Shown piece after piece: positions 1 to 8,531 of a DNA stretch of 64,000 nucleotides (position 1 is its first letter; each line of letters starts with the position of its first letter). The position numbers were made by a program, and so were the translations under genes. The notes under the pieces were generated by a model. It was not told the DNA's origin, ran no database searches, and was given only the letters and a program-made list of their open reading frames with translations. The stretch is taken from NCBI GenBank assembly GCA_964634875.1, contig CAZWKA010000007.1, positions 1,649-65,648 on the forward strand, given 5' to 3'. This stretch comes from an uncultured Gammaproteobacteria bacterium. GTDB taxonomy: Bacteria > Patescibacteriota > Patescibacteriia > Magasanikbacterales > GWA2-37-8.

Positions 1-2
1 GT

Positions 3-326
3 CGCAAGCACGACCCAAAGATGGTGGTAAAAACTAAAAGTCCTTTTTTCAGGAAAAACATGAACAAAATACCAGATAGTCACAGCGATACCAATGCCCG
101 AAACATAGATCGAGCGCATGAGGACGCTGGCGTATTGGATAGGGACGTTGCGGAAAAGAAACAAAAGAATCGACCAAGCGGTGAGGGAGAAAGCGAAGGC
201 AGTAAACGAAAGGTTAACCCTGTTCTTAGGATCATTCACGAGAATAAAAATACTCATGATGAAATTGAAGATGCCTAAGAAGAGCAAAAGATAGTCTGGA
301 AAAGAAAGTTGTGCGATTGAAAACAT
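3..326 (-). CDS. Membrane sensor protein, HisKA_7TM-like N-terminus (partial, runs off window)
   Basis: Not in ORF track. Manual translation from ATG at 326 gives MFSIAQLSFPDYLLLFLGIFNFIMSIFILVNDPKNRVNLSF...AWSILLF...WYFVHVFPEKR, a multi-TM pattern typical of 7TM histidine-kinase N-termini; open to window edge. Confidence 0.7.
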   Translation of the reverse strand, partial: MFSIAQLSFPDYLLLFLGIFNFIMSIFILVNDPKNRVNLSFTAFAFSLTAWSILLFLFRNVPIQYASVLMRSIYVSGIGIAVTIWYFVHVFPEKRTFSFYHHLWVVLA

Positions 327-349
327 ATTTTCTTCTGAAAAAAGAAGAA

Positions 350-410
350 GCCGGTGTGCGCTTATACTTCTGAAGTGCTTGCGCACGACAGTAGTATAGC
401 ACACACCGGC
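350..410 (-). terminator. Hairpin downstream of the FabH-like gene; overlaps an extended -10 (TGcTATACT) for the sensor gene
   Basis: GCCGGTGTG...CACACCGGC inverted repeat followed on the minus strand by TTCTTCTTTTTT. Confidence 0.55.
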
Positions 411-442
411 CAGGAGTGGACAGGGTGAAGAGAAGGTCGTGA

Positions 443-1582
443 TTAGATCACCATGACGCCGTAGCCTAACATGGCACCGAGGCCGGCGCCGACCAGTAGG
501 AAGACGACCAAGTCTCCCTCGTTCACGAGACCCAGCTCGAAATCCTCCTCAAGCAGGAGGAACGTGCTGGCACACGTAGTGTTCCCGAACCGCTCGATGT
601 TAGTGGGGACTTTTCGCGGATCGAGCTTGAGCGCATCGACAGCATCCTGAATTCGCCACCTGTTTGCCTGGTGGAAATAGACGCGCTTGACCCGATCGAA
701 CGAGAACGGGTAGCCGAGAACGGGCTCAACTTGGACAGCCCAGTCTTCCTTGAGATCCTCGACCGCCTTCAGGATCGACGGGACAAAGATCTCACCCACG
801 AGTGGGGCATTCATCCTATAGAGCTGATCGAACAAGTTCGAGGCGCGGGGAGGATTACCCGAACCACCGGAACCGTAGGTCACGAGCTCGTGCTCGAGCG
901 TACGTTCACGCGCAGCCAAGAGGCCGCGCGGCTTCTGACCACTCGAACTATCAACCTCCACAATCTTGAAAACCGAGGTCGAAGCACCACTCGCGAAGAC
1001 CAGCGACCCCCAAGCCCACGGATCAGGATGCATCCGTAAGCGCTCTTCCACTTCCTCATCACCAAGAACCACGCCTTCAACGGCGTTCGAGAGGATGAAG
1101 ATAACATACTTGAACATGCGCGAGGCGGCATGGATGAGAATCTCGTGCAGCCCCCACGCGACCGCGGCGCAACCGAGATCCTGCTCAAGAGGATGTGCCT
1201 TACGCAAACCCACCCTGCTCAGAATCTTGCCGAAAGACGTACAGAGGTGCAGATCTTCAAAAGTGCACCCAAGACGCACCACGAGGGTGTGTCTCTGGTT
1301 GAGCTCATCAAGAGGGATCCCTGACTTACGGATAGCCTCTTGAGTCGCCTCAACGCACATTTGGGTGTCATTCCGACCACCCTGCTCGTAGGTCAGGGTC
1401 TGGCCGTTCTCATCAATCTGATGGCAGATTGTCCGAGGACCAAAGAGGTCGTACACCTTCGGAGCCGTTATCAGCTTCCCCTTGTGAGCGGGACGCGAGC
1501 GCCGCAGCGAACTCGCAACAGGGATCGGCTGAGGAAGGAATTTCCCCATCCCAATCAGATGAATCTCAGTTCGCGTAGCCAT
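443..1582 (-). CDS. 3-oxoacyl-ACP synthase III (KAS III/FabH-like), divergent
   Basis: Catalytic triad motifs DLGCAA, YFHQAN and RFGNTTCAS, plus C-terminal GAG. Start at 1582 (MATRTEIH) follows AAAAGGAG at 7 nt. GC-rich codon usage. Confidence 0.85.
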   Translation of the reverse strand: MATRTEIHLIGMGKFLPQPIPVASSLRRSRPAHKGKLITAPKVYDLFGPRTICHQIDENGQTLTYEQGGRNDTQMCVEATQEAIRKSGIPLDELNQRHTLVVRLGCTFEDLHLCTSFGKILSRVGLRKAHPLEQDLGCAAVAWGLHEILIHAASRMFKYVIFILSNAVEGVVLGDEEVEERLRMHPDPWAWGSLVFASGASTSVFKIVEVDSSSGQKPRGLLAARERTLEHELVTYGSGGSGNPPRASNLFDQLYRMNAPLVGEIFVPSILKAVEDLKEDWAVQVEPVLGYPFSFDRVKRVYFHQANRWRIQDAVDALKLDPRKVPTNIERFGNTTCASTFLLLEEDFELGLVNEGDLVVFLLVGAGLGAMLGYGVMVI

Positions 1583-1584
1583 GA

Positions 1585-1686
1585 TCAGGCTCCTTTTGCG
1601 AAGGCGGTGCCGATCACGGCAGCCTTTTGGTAAATATCTCGTTTCCCCTCCCACATAGTGGAGGGGTTGAGGAAGCGTGCTGCCAT
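1585..1686 (-). CDS. 33-aa small ORF coupled to the FabH-like gene
   Basis: AGGAGG (1695-1700) lies 8 nt before ATG; MAARFLNPSTMWEGKRDIYQKAAVIGTAFAKGA*; stop is 2 nt before the KAS III start. Confidence 0.5.
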   Translation of the reverse strand: MAARFLNPSTMWEGKRDIYQKAAVIGTAFAKGA

Positions 1687-1837
1687 TATGAAATCCTCCT
1701 GGGCTGGGGTGGACAAGGCATTACCAGTTTTTTCCCACTCTGGGACTTGGACGAGAAGGGACCGGCTGTTTCCCTTCACTTTTTTCCTAAAACTCATCAG
1801 AAAAAAAATAAAAGGAACATCCAGTCCCGTTTATTGC

Positions 1838-1926
1838 TTTTTAAAGAGCGTGGCAAAGTTATGTAGAAAACTTAGACATGGCCGAATACAGCCCTTTACC
1901 CTATCTCAAAAAGGCCTTTTTGGCAA
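1838..1926 (-). promoter_or_regulatory. sigma70-type promoter TTGCCA-17-TAGGGT with downstream boxA-like CGCTCTTTAAAAA
   Basis: -35 at 1926-1921, -10 at 1903-1898, boxA-like motif at 1850-1838. Confidence 0.5.
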
Positions 1927-1932
1927 GGGTGC

Positions 1933-2664
1933 TTATCCCCGCGCGATGACCAATCCCCAAACCTCTTGAGTACCAGCATTTTTTAAAACCCGAGCACATT
2001 CTAACATCGTGCTTCCAGTAGTAAAAACATCATCAAGAAGTACTACTCGTTCTGGTGCAACATTCTTTTGCCAGCAAAAGGCTTCTTTCAAATTTTGCCG
2101 CCGTTCGACCCCGTTTAAGCGGGCCTGCTGCGGAGTGTCTTTTATCCGGTAAAGCCCGTCAACAAGTAGTTGAACACCAGAATCCTCACCTAACACGCTA
2201 ACAAGATGTGTCCCCAACACCTGTGCTTGATTAAAGCCCCGGCGTAGTTCGCGCTTGGGATGGAGCGGCACAGGAATTATGGAGACCGATTTTTGCGTCA
2301 CATCGCCAGCTGTAAGCCACGGAGGTTTGTGTTCGGTCAAATAATCTTTGAATATTTTTACCCAAACCTGTCCGGAATCCGCTGCCCCTTGGTACTTGAG
2401 CGCCTTAATAAGCTTGGCGGGAGGAGCTGTTTCATCATAGTTAAACAAAGCCGTCAGCCCAAGAAGCGGACTGACGGCACTGCATGAATTACAAATTTTT
2501 CCCTGAGTAGTCGGCACGCTACACACCGGACACGATACTTCACTTAAAAAAGGATATTGTTTTTGGCAAACAACACACCACCACTGACCCTCGCTCGAAC
2601 AACTGACGCAAAAAACAGGAAACAGCACTGACGCAAGATACTTATGGAGATCCTTAAAAAACAT
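1933..2664 (-). CDS. comF: ComF family protein (double Zn ribbon plus phosphoribosyltransferase)
   Basis: CxxC pairs, PVPLHPKRELRRGFNQ and LLDDVFTTGSTM motifs. Confidence 0.92.
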   Translation of the reverse strand: MFFKDLHKYLASVLFPVFCVSCSSEGQWWCVVCQKQYPFLSEVSCPVCSVPTTQGKICNSCSAVSPLLGLTALFNYDETAPPAKLIKALKYQGAADSGQVWVKIFKDYLTEHKPPWLTAGDVTQKSVSIIPVPLHPKRELRRGFNQAQVLGTHLVSVLGEDSGVQLLVDGLYRIKDTPQQARLNGVERRQNLKEAFCWQKNVAPERVVLLDDVFTTGSTMLECARVLKNAGTQEVWGLVIARG

Positions 2665-2700
2665 AGAGCCGAAAATCAAGCGGAGCGACTTCCTTATTTC

Positions 2701-3294
2701 TTATTTTTCCCAAACGAAATTGCTTACGAGCCACGACGAACCTGAGCGCACCATGGTAACGGTAATATTTTGCTGGGAAGTGGTGGTCGCACCATCCTTC
2801 TGCTGCGTACGGACAGTTTTAAAATATAATTCAGCCGTATCAGGCGTCCACGCTTTCATTTCCATTGTAACGACCTGAGTAGTAACACCTACAAAACTAG
2901 TAGCAGGGGTCGTGCTTTGAGGCTTGATCCGCTGCCAAACTTCTGGCGTTACCAACACCTGAACCTCAGTAACGTTTTGACTGTTATTATCACTGGAATA
3001 CGTACCATACCGCTCCACAAAAACACGGGCGAGTTGTTTTACCCCATTTTGAAGGATTTCTTCAGAACTTGCCTGGCGGACCGGAAGACCCGCAGGAATT
3101 TCGGTAGGCTGTTGGGTTGAGCCGGTCGGGATGCCACCCTGGCCGTCTGGAGGCAGCAGCGTGTCACCTGCCGGGTTTTGTCCGGGAGTTTCTTTGTTTG
3201 CCCGAGAGCGGATAAACAAGGCGACACCTACCACTGCTATAACAAGCACAACGATACCAACGATGATAAAGATGCGAGAGCGCAAGGAAAGCAT
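2701..3294 (-). CDS. Bitopic membrane protein, possible VirB8/NTF2-like T4SS component
   Basis: N-terminal TM, Pro-rich linker, C-terminal helix plus beta-sheet pattern ending WLVSNFVWEK; directly downstream of virB4. Confidence 0.5.
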   Translation of the reverse strand: MLSLRSRIFIIVGIVVLVIAVVGVALFIRSRANKETPGQNPAGDTLLPPDGQGGIPTGSTQQPTEIPAGLPVRQASSEEILQNGVKQLARVFVERYGTYSSDNNSQNVTEVQVLVTPEVWQRIKPQSTTPATSFVGVTTQVVTMEMKAWTPDTAELYFKTVRTQQKDGATTTSQQNITVTMVRSGSSWLVSNFVWEK

Positions 3295-3318
3295 AGGGAG
3301 AAAATTAGATAGTAGGAA

Positions 3319-5199
3319 TTAATGGGCGTTTTGCTGATCAAATTCTTTTTTCGCCTTCTCGATATCCAAAAGCTGCTGGGGATTAGTGGTAACAATCTGG
3401 TCTTCGGTATACGAAGCCACTACTTTGATCGCCGCATGCTTAAGACCGGCAAAGAAAATTCCTTCGCCAATACCGCTTTCGAGGAGCAAATATTTTTCGC
3501 TATCGGTCAGCAAGAACACTTTTTGGATCAGATCAATGGCTGCAGGCGACTGGCGCATGAGGAGCTGCAAGGACGAGCTGGTTACGATCGCTTGGCCATA
3601 CTGTGACTTAAGGAAATCATTCACATCCTGAGTGATGGTCGTTACACCCAAGAAGTATTTACGGCAGCGTTTGACGAGCGCATAAATAAACTTGGCACTA
3701 TCTTCATGCTGCATAAGCCACCACGCCTCATCAATAACCAGAATACGTTTTTTGCGCTCACTCCGGACGACATTCCAAATATAGTTCACAATAGCGTAAA
3801 TAGCCAATGGACGGAGTTCATCTTCCAAATCACGAACACTGAAAACAACAAGCTGGTTACGCATGTCGACGTTAGTCGGTGAATTAAAGAGACCGCTAAA
3901 GGTACCCTCGGTAAACTTTTGGAGTTTCAAAACCAGGTCTGCCGAACCCTCCATGCCTTCCAGGATTTCCTGGAGATCCTGCATGATGGGGGCTTGGATA
4001 GTATTTAAATCAGCTTCGGCCGTAATGTCCTTCTTGGCATACGTTTCAATCAGGGCCCGGTCAACAATCGAATCTTCTTGTGTGGTTATACCCCCAAGCA
4101 TAATACGCAGCAAACCTTTGACGGTAATGACTGCACCGCGAATAATATCTTCGGTGGAAAAATCCTTGCCTGTTGGCCGCGGCAGATCAAAAGGGTTAAT
4201 TTTACTTTCGCTCGACAAGGAAATATTGATGTACGTTCCACCCACCGCATCGGACAAATGTTTATATTCCATTTCTGGGTCAATGATGATAACATCAATA
4301 CCCATCATGAGGCTACGCAATATTTCCAATTTGATCGCATAACTTTTACCAGCACCAGAGGTAGCAAATACTACCATGTTGGCATTTTGCAAAGAAAACC
4401 GATCAAACAAAATCAAGCTATTATTGTGGCGGTTAATACCGTATAAAATTCCATCATCGCTCGTCAGCTCAGCTGAAATAAATGGGAACGAGGCAGCAAT
4501 TGGCGAGGAGTTCATGTTAAACGAGATCATCAGCTCGTCATTACACAGCGGCAGCGTTGAATTGAAGCCTTGTTCACCCTGGAACAAAACCTTGCGACTG
4601 CTAATGAGCTTGGCACCGAAAATACCTTCAATGTCCTCGGAGATTTGATCTAATTTTTCTTTAGTTTCGGCGTAGATAGTAACGTAAAAAGCAAATTGGA
4701 AGAAGTGCTCGACACCCTGAGTCAGGTTATCACGAAGCTGTTCAACATCGCGCAGCGCCGTCTCGCGCAGCGGGTCACGAGGGGCACCTTTATCAGCATC
4801 AGCATTAATCTGGGCTTCAAGCGCACCAACTTTGTTCTTGAGCTGCTTTAAAATGATCTCCGACTTAACCGGATAAAAGAACATGCTGATATCCATGGTG
4901 ATCGAAAGATTGATGACCGGCGAGCTCCATCCAATTGAAATATACCGAGGGTAAGAAACGACAAAAATAGTCCGGCAAAAGACTGTGCCGACCTGCAAAA
5001 AATTCGTTTCAACATTAAACGCTGCCGGGGCGATCAGGTCTCGGATCGAAACAACGCCTTCGCGGTAGATCCGCTCTTCTTCAAGCGTAATTAACTCCTC
5101 CTGCTCTTTCTTTTTGAGCACACCTTCTTCGCTCGCCAACTTTTTTCGGGCAGCGGAGTCGTCATTTTTACTATTGAGAAATTTTGGTTTAAAAGCCAT
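3319..5199 (-). CDS. virB4: VirB4-like type IV secretion ATPase
   Basis: Walker A ATSGAGKS, IIIDPEMEY, INPFDL, Walker B ILVIDEAW, KRCRKY and TITQDV motifs. Confidence 0.9.
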   Translation of the reverse strand: MAFKPKFLNSKNDDSAARKKLASEEGVLKKKEQEELITLEEERIYREGVVSIRDLIAPAAFNVETNFLQVGTVFCRTIFVVSYPRYISIGWSSPVINLSITMDISMFFYPVKSEIILKQLKNKVGALEAQINADADKGAPRDPLRETALRDVEQLRDNLTQGVEHFFQFAFYVTIYAETKEKLDQISEDIEGIFGAKLISSRKVLFQGEQGFNSTLPLCNDELMISFNMNSSPIAASFPFISAELTSDDGILYGINRHNNSLILFDRFSLQNANMVVFATSGAGKSYAIKLEILRSLMMGIDVIIIDPEMEYKHLSDAVGGTYINISLSSESKINPFDLPRPTGKDFSTEDIIRGAVITVKGLLRIMLGGITTQEDSIVDRALIETYAKKDITAEADLNTIQAPIMQDLQEILEGMEGSADLVLKLQKFTEGTFSGLFNSPTNVDMRNQLVVFSVRDLEDELRPLAIYAIVNYIWNVVRSERKKRILVIDEAWWLMQHEDSAKFIYALVKRCRKYFLGVTTITQDVNDFLKSQYGQAIVTSSSLQLLMRQSPAAIDLIQKVFLLTDSEKYLLLESGIGEGIFFAGLKHAAIKVVASYTEDQIVTTNPQQLLDIEKAKKEFDQQNAH

Positions 5200-5263
5200 A
5201 CCTTCATTGGAACACTAGAGCATTAAAACACCAGAACAAAAGGGTGTTTTAATGTTTTCATGA

Positions 5264-5953
5264 TTAAATCCCCTCTTCAACCTGCAGGTCGCTGAGCGCG
5301 GGCAGGTGTTCAGTGAGAGCAATATCTGGGTTATACGTGGAATAATACAACTCGATCAGCGCTTGGGTATCAAGCCTCACAATTGTAAGGCCCATACTTG
5401 ACAAACCGGATTCAATCTGGCGAACACGCATGTCAAGATCGTATTTACGCTGCAAAAACTTTTCTCCTTTAAGATGTATGGCATTTGCAGGATTCAGGAC
5501 TTCAGTAATACGGGTCCAAAAACTTTTTTGGTGGTTAGACACTGGATCATACGGGACAACTACAAAAAATTGTTTACTCATAATTTCACCAAGGCTGATC
5601 AGCTCGGTAACAAATGAGCGATAATCAGCGATCTGAGCACGGAGGAGTTCGTTAACCTGTTCACGCTCTTGTTGTAGGAGCTTGTCGAGGTAAGGTTTGA
5701 TATACAGCTTCCGGCTTTGGATAAGTACTTGAAGCGGATATTCGAGCGAGTTTAAAAATGAAACATACGAAGAAATAATCGCGTTTTGCTCATCTTCATT
5801 TTTGAGGGCAAAATTAATACTTGAAACCAGGAGCACAGCCCGAAGCGTCCCGTCTTTCATGATAACGGTGTCATTCTTAATTTCGCCGATCAAAAGATGG
5901 AGTTGTGACGGGACCAGTTTTTTTTTACTTTTGGCTGCATGTTTGTTTTTCAT
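5264..5953 (-). CDS. Conserved T4SS-associated protein (VirB4 N-terminal-like)
   Basis: LRAVLLVSSINFALKNEDEQ...FLNSLEYPLQ motif; sits between the PrgI-like gene and virB4. Confidence 0.65.
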   Translation of the reverse strand: MKNKHAAKSKKKLVPSQLHLLIGEIKNDTVIMKDGTLRAVLLVSSINFALKNEDEQNAIISSYVSFLNSLEYPLQVLIQSRKLYIKPYLDKLLQQEREQVNELLRAQIADYRSFVTELISLGEIMSKQFFVVVPYDPVSNHQKSFWTRITEVLNPANAIHLKGEKFLQRKYDLDMRVRQIESGLSSMGLTIVRLDTQALIELYYSTYNPDIALTEHLPALSDLQVEEGI

Positions 5954-5955
5954 AC

Positions 5956-6384
5956 CTAATTTTCAGCCTTATAATAACCACCCGTATTGACCATCAGTGA
6001 CAAATTACGGATACGCATAGCTGGGACTTGCTTCGAGACCGCTTCAACTGCCAGCTCGGCAGCAGGAACCATTTTGCGCAAATCATTCAACTCACCCGTA
6101 GTATAACTTTTATTCCACACTCGACGGCTCGGACGGCGGGCAGCTTGAAAAATATTGAGCAAAAAATAATGGAATGATTGGCCGTTAATTTTGACAAACG
6201 CTAAAATGATCGCAAAACCACCAATCAACGCCAGCGCAGCAATAAACAATGGCGTGTCGGCTAATTTGAAGACAATAAAAAGCAAGAGCCCAGCCACAAG
6301 CAGAATTACAAATTGGCGGGTCGTTATCGGACCAAAAATCTTGTCTTCAACATCAATAAATTGTGGAACGGTAAATTGATTCAT
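5956..6384 (-). CDS. prgI: PrgI family (VirB3-like) membrane protein
   Basis: QFTVPQFIDVEDKIFGPITTRQF signature and two TM helices. Confidence 0.85.
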   Translation of the reverse strand: MNQFTVPQFIDVEDKIFGPITTRQFVILLVAGLLLFIVFKLADTPLFIAALALIGGFAIILAFVKINGQSFHYFLLNIFQAARRPSRRVWNKSYTTGELNDLRKMVPAAELAVEAVSKQVPAMRIRNLSLMVNTGGYYKAEN

Positions 6385-6391
6385 GGTAGGG

Positions 6392-7531
6392 CTAGGTTAA
6401 CTCTTTTTCCATGGAAATAAGGGCGTTTATCTCGGCGATCTGGATTTTGTTCTTATCAACCAGGACAGCACTGAGCGGACGGTGCTCAGCCAAACCTTGG
6501 GTTAATGCTTCCATATACGCCAAATATAATGGCGAGGTCTGCCAGGCATGTAGAGCCTGCAAATAAAGCACGATCGATTCATCTCTCAGGTTAGTGAACT
6601 TTTCCTGTAGACGTTTAGCTGCTTCAGTAGGATTAGCAGCTAAACGACGAAAATCAGTTAAGTTAAAGCGGGCAATTTCATCAACCGGACCAACTTCGAG
6701 TGTCACCTGCGCAACATCACGGACTAAAGGTTTTACCACTGGTTGACTACCTAATTTAAGCGGTGCTTCCAGCGGGCGCGGCTGACGCGGAGCAGACCGG
6801 GTCATTACCGGCGCAGGAGAAGGAGGTGGATTTTTTAGGGGAACCCCCTCTTTTTTAAGAGCTATAAGATCTTTAATTTCTAGAGGAGCAGCTGTGGTGG
6901 CGCTCCCCATAAGGGCATCAAACTCTTTGGATGTTTTTTTTGGCAAAACTGCAGAGGGTTGATGTGTAGGGTGTTTGAAGGCATTAAAGGGCGTGCTGAT
7001 GGCCGGGAACTTGGCGGCCTGAACAATAGCAGGCTCAAGTGTTTTCTTGGGTGGCGGCGTGACTGACCCACCAATTTCGAGGTCAGGGACAACAATATTT
7101 TTGGCAGCAATAGTAAACGCTGACGCAGCTGTTTTGGCGGCGGTTGAGCCGTGACCATCGGCCAGCTGCAAAACTTGCTCTTTTTGTTCATCGTTTAAAC
7201 CAAGACCGCCTTCCGCTACCGGCCTCCCCAAAGCGTTTTCGGTTTCAGCGCGGCTGCGGACGTCTTTAAGATACAGCTGGATAATGCTTCGGAAACGATT
7301 TTGGTTGTCGGGCGAAGCAAGCTTGCCAACCTGTTTCATGATCGCTTCGACTTCTACCCCCCGACTGGCGCTGGCAAGCGGAGTTGCAGGAGTTGCAACA
7401 ACCGGGGCAGGTGTTGCAGCCACGGCTTCAGGATTTTTTTTGAGCGCCTGAAGTTCACCGAGGGTCATGCGAACCACCGTTCCATCGGCTTTTTTCACCG
7501 TAACCATGGGTTGTCCAGTAAGAGGCGCCAT
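6392..7531 (-). CDS. Hypothetical Pro/Ala-rich protein in the T4SS locus
   Basis: 379-aa ORF co-oriented and tightly packed in the operon. Confidence 0.7.
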   Translation of the reverse strand: MAPLTGQPMVTVKKADGTVVRMTLGELQALKKNPEAVAATPAPVVATPATPLASASRGVEVEAIMKQVGKLASPDNQNRFRSIIQLYLKDVRSRAETENALGRPVAEGGLGLNDEQKEQVLQLADGHGSTAAKTAASAFTIAAKNIVVPDLEIGGSVTPPPKKTLEPAIVQAAKFPAISTPFNAFKHPTHQPSAVLPKKTSKEFDALMGSATTAAPLEIKDLIALKKEGVPLKNPPPSPAPVMTRSAPRQPRPLEAPLKLGSQPVVKPLVRDVAQVTLEVGPVDEIARFNLTDFRRLAANPTEAAKRLQEKFTNLRDESIVLYLQALHAWQTSPLYLAYMEALTQGLAEHRPLSAVLVDKNKIQIAEINALISMEKELT

Positions 7532-7532
7532 G

Positions 7533-8519
7533 CTATAGAGCTAAAAGTTCGTCATTCCAATGGAACTGCCCATCGGACTCATTAAAATAATAGAGATCAT
7601 TAATTTTTTCATCCCGGTATTCTTCAGCGAGGTTACTAAGGAGGTTAAAAACTGCTCCCGGGTCAAGAAACTGCCCAGTAGCATCCTTCGTAAAATTAGC
7701 TTCGACATTTTTCTTAATTTCAGCATACGAAATTTTTTCACGAACCGGTTCTGTCGCTGGTGCCGCAAGCGTTTCTGGGCTAAATTGGGGAGCTATGCCT
7801 GCCGATTCATCTGCCCTTGTTTCAAGGGCAGCGGCAAAATTTTCATACCGATCCGGATTAATGTACGCACTTACAACATAGGGAGCTTTTTCAGGCTCAA
7901 CCCCAACGAAAAAATTCACTAAATCAATAAAACGTTCAACCGTTTCATTAGGATTAGCAAAAAAATAGGCATCAAACAACGGGTCATCTTTAACAAAAAA
8001 GATGGTTTGGATCTTGGATGCTATTTCTGCAGCCTCGATAGAGGTAGCCTGCGGACGCTGCATGCGTTTAACCATTTCAACAACTTCCACAACTGTAACA
8101 TTTTTACCGGCCAACGTGCCGACGATTGCCTCTGATGTTAAGAAGGCATTTCGCATATCACTGTACCAACCGCCAACTTCTGCATCATCAGTCGTGCGTA
8201 ACCCAAGATAGTCAAGTAGTCGATAATGCACATCTACATCAAGTAAAAACGCCGTAGGAATCTGCCGTGCACAAGCAACCTCCACTACAGTTGAACCGCG
8301 GAGATTGGTCAACATTTTCCAGGTAAGATCGGTATACCAGCGAAATAAGCTATAAAAATACTTCCGGTCTTCAAGCGCAGACTTATCAGCAAAAAAATCA
8401 TAAAGCTCTTGCCAAGCAAGTTGCATTTTTTTAGGCTCCCGAGAAAGGCCGCGAAAATCTTCTTCGATCTTGGCGATTTCAGCTGGAGTGTTTTTAAATT
8501 GTGGAATGTTGAAGAACAT
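7533..8519 (-). CDS. Hypothetical protein in the T4SS locus
   Basis: 328-aa ORF, 1-nt gap to the next gene. Confidence 0.7.
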   Translation of the reverse strand: MFFNIPQFKNTPAEIAKIEEDFRGLSREPKKMQLAWQELYDFFADKSALEDRKYFYSLFRWYTDLTWKMLTNLRGSTVVEVACARQIPTAFLLDVDVHYRLLDYLGLRTTDDAEVGGWYSDMRNAFLTSEAIVGTLAGKNVTVVEVVEMVKRMQRPQATSIEAAEIASKIQTIFFVKDDPLFDAYFFANPNETVERFIDLVNFFVGVEPEKAPYVVSAYINPDRYENFAAALETRADESAGIAPQFSPETLAAPATEPVREKISYAEIKKNVEANFTKDATGQFLDPGAVFNLLSNLAEEYRDEKINDLYYFNESDGQFHWNDELLAL

Positions 8520-8531
8520 TTTTTATTTTTA

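Noticed and set aside
21-278. 85-aa plus-strand ORF
   Set aside because: Antisense shadow of the minus-strand 7TM sensor gene starting at 326.
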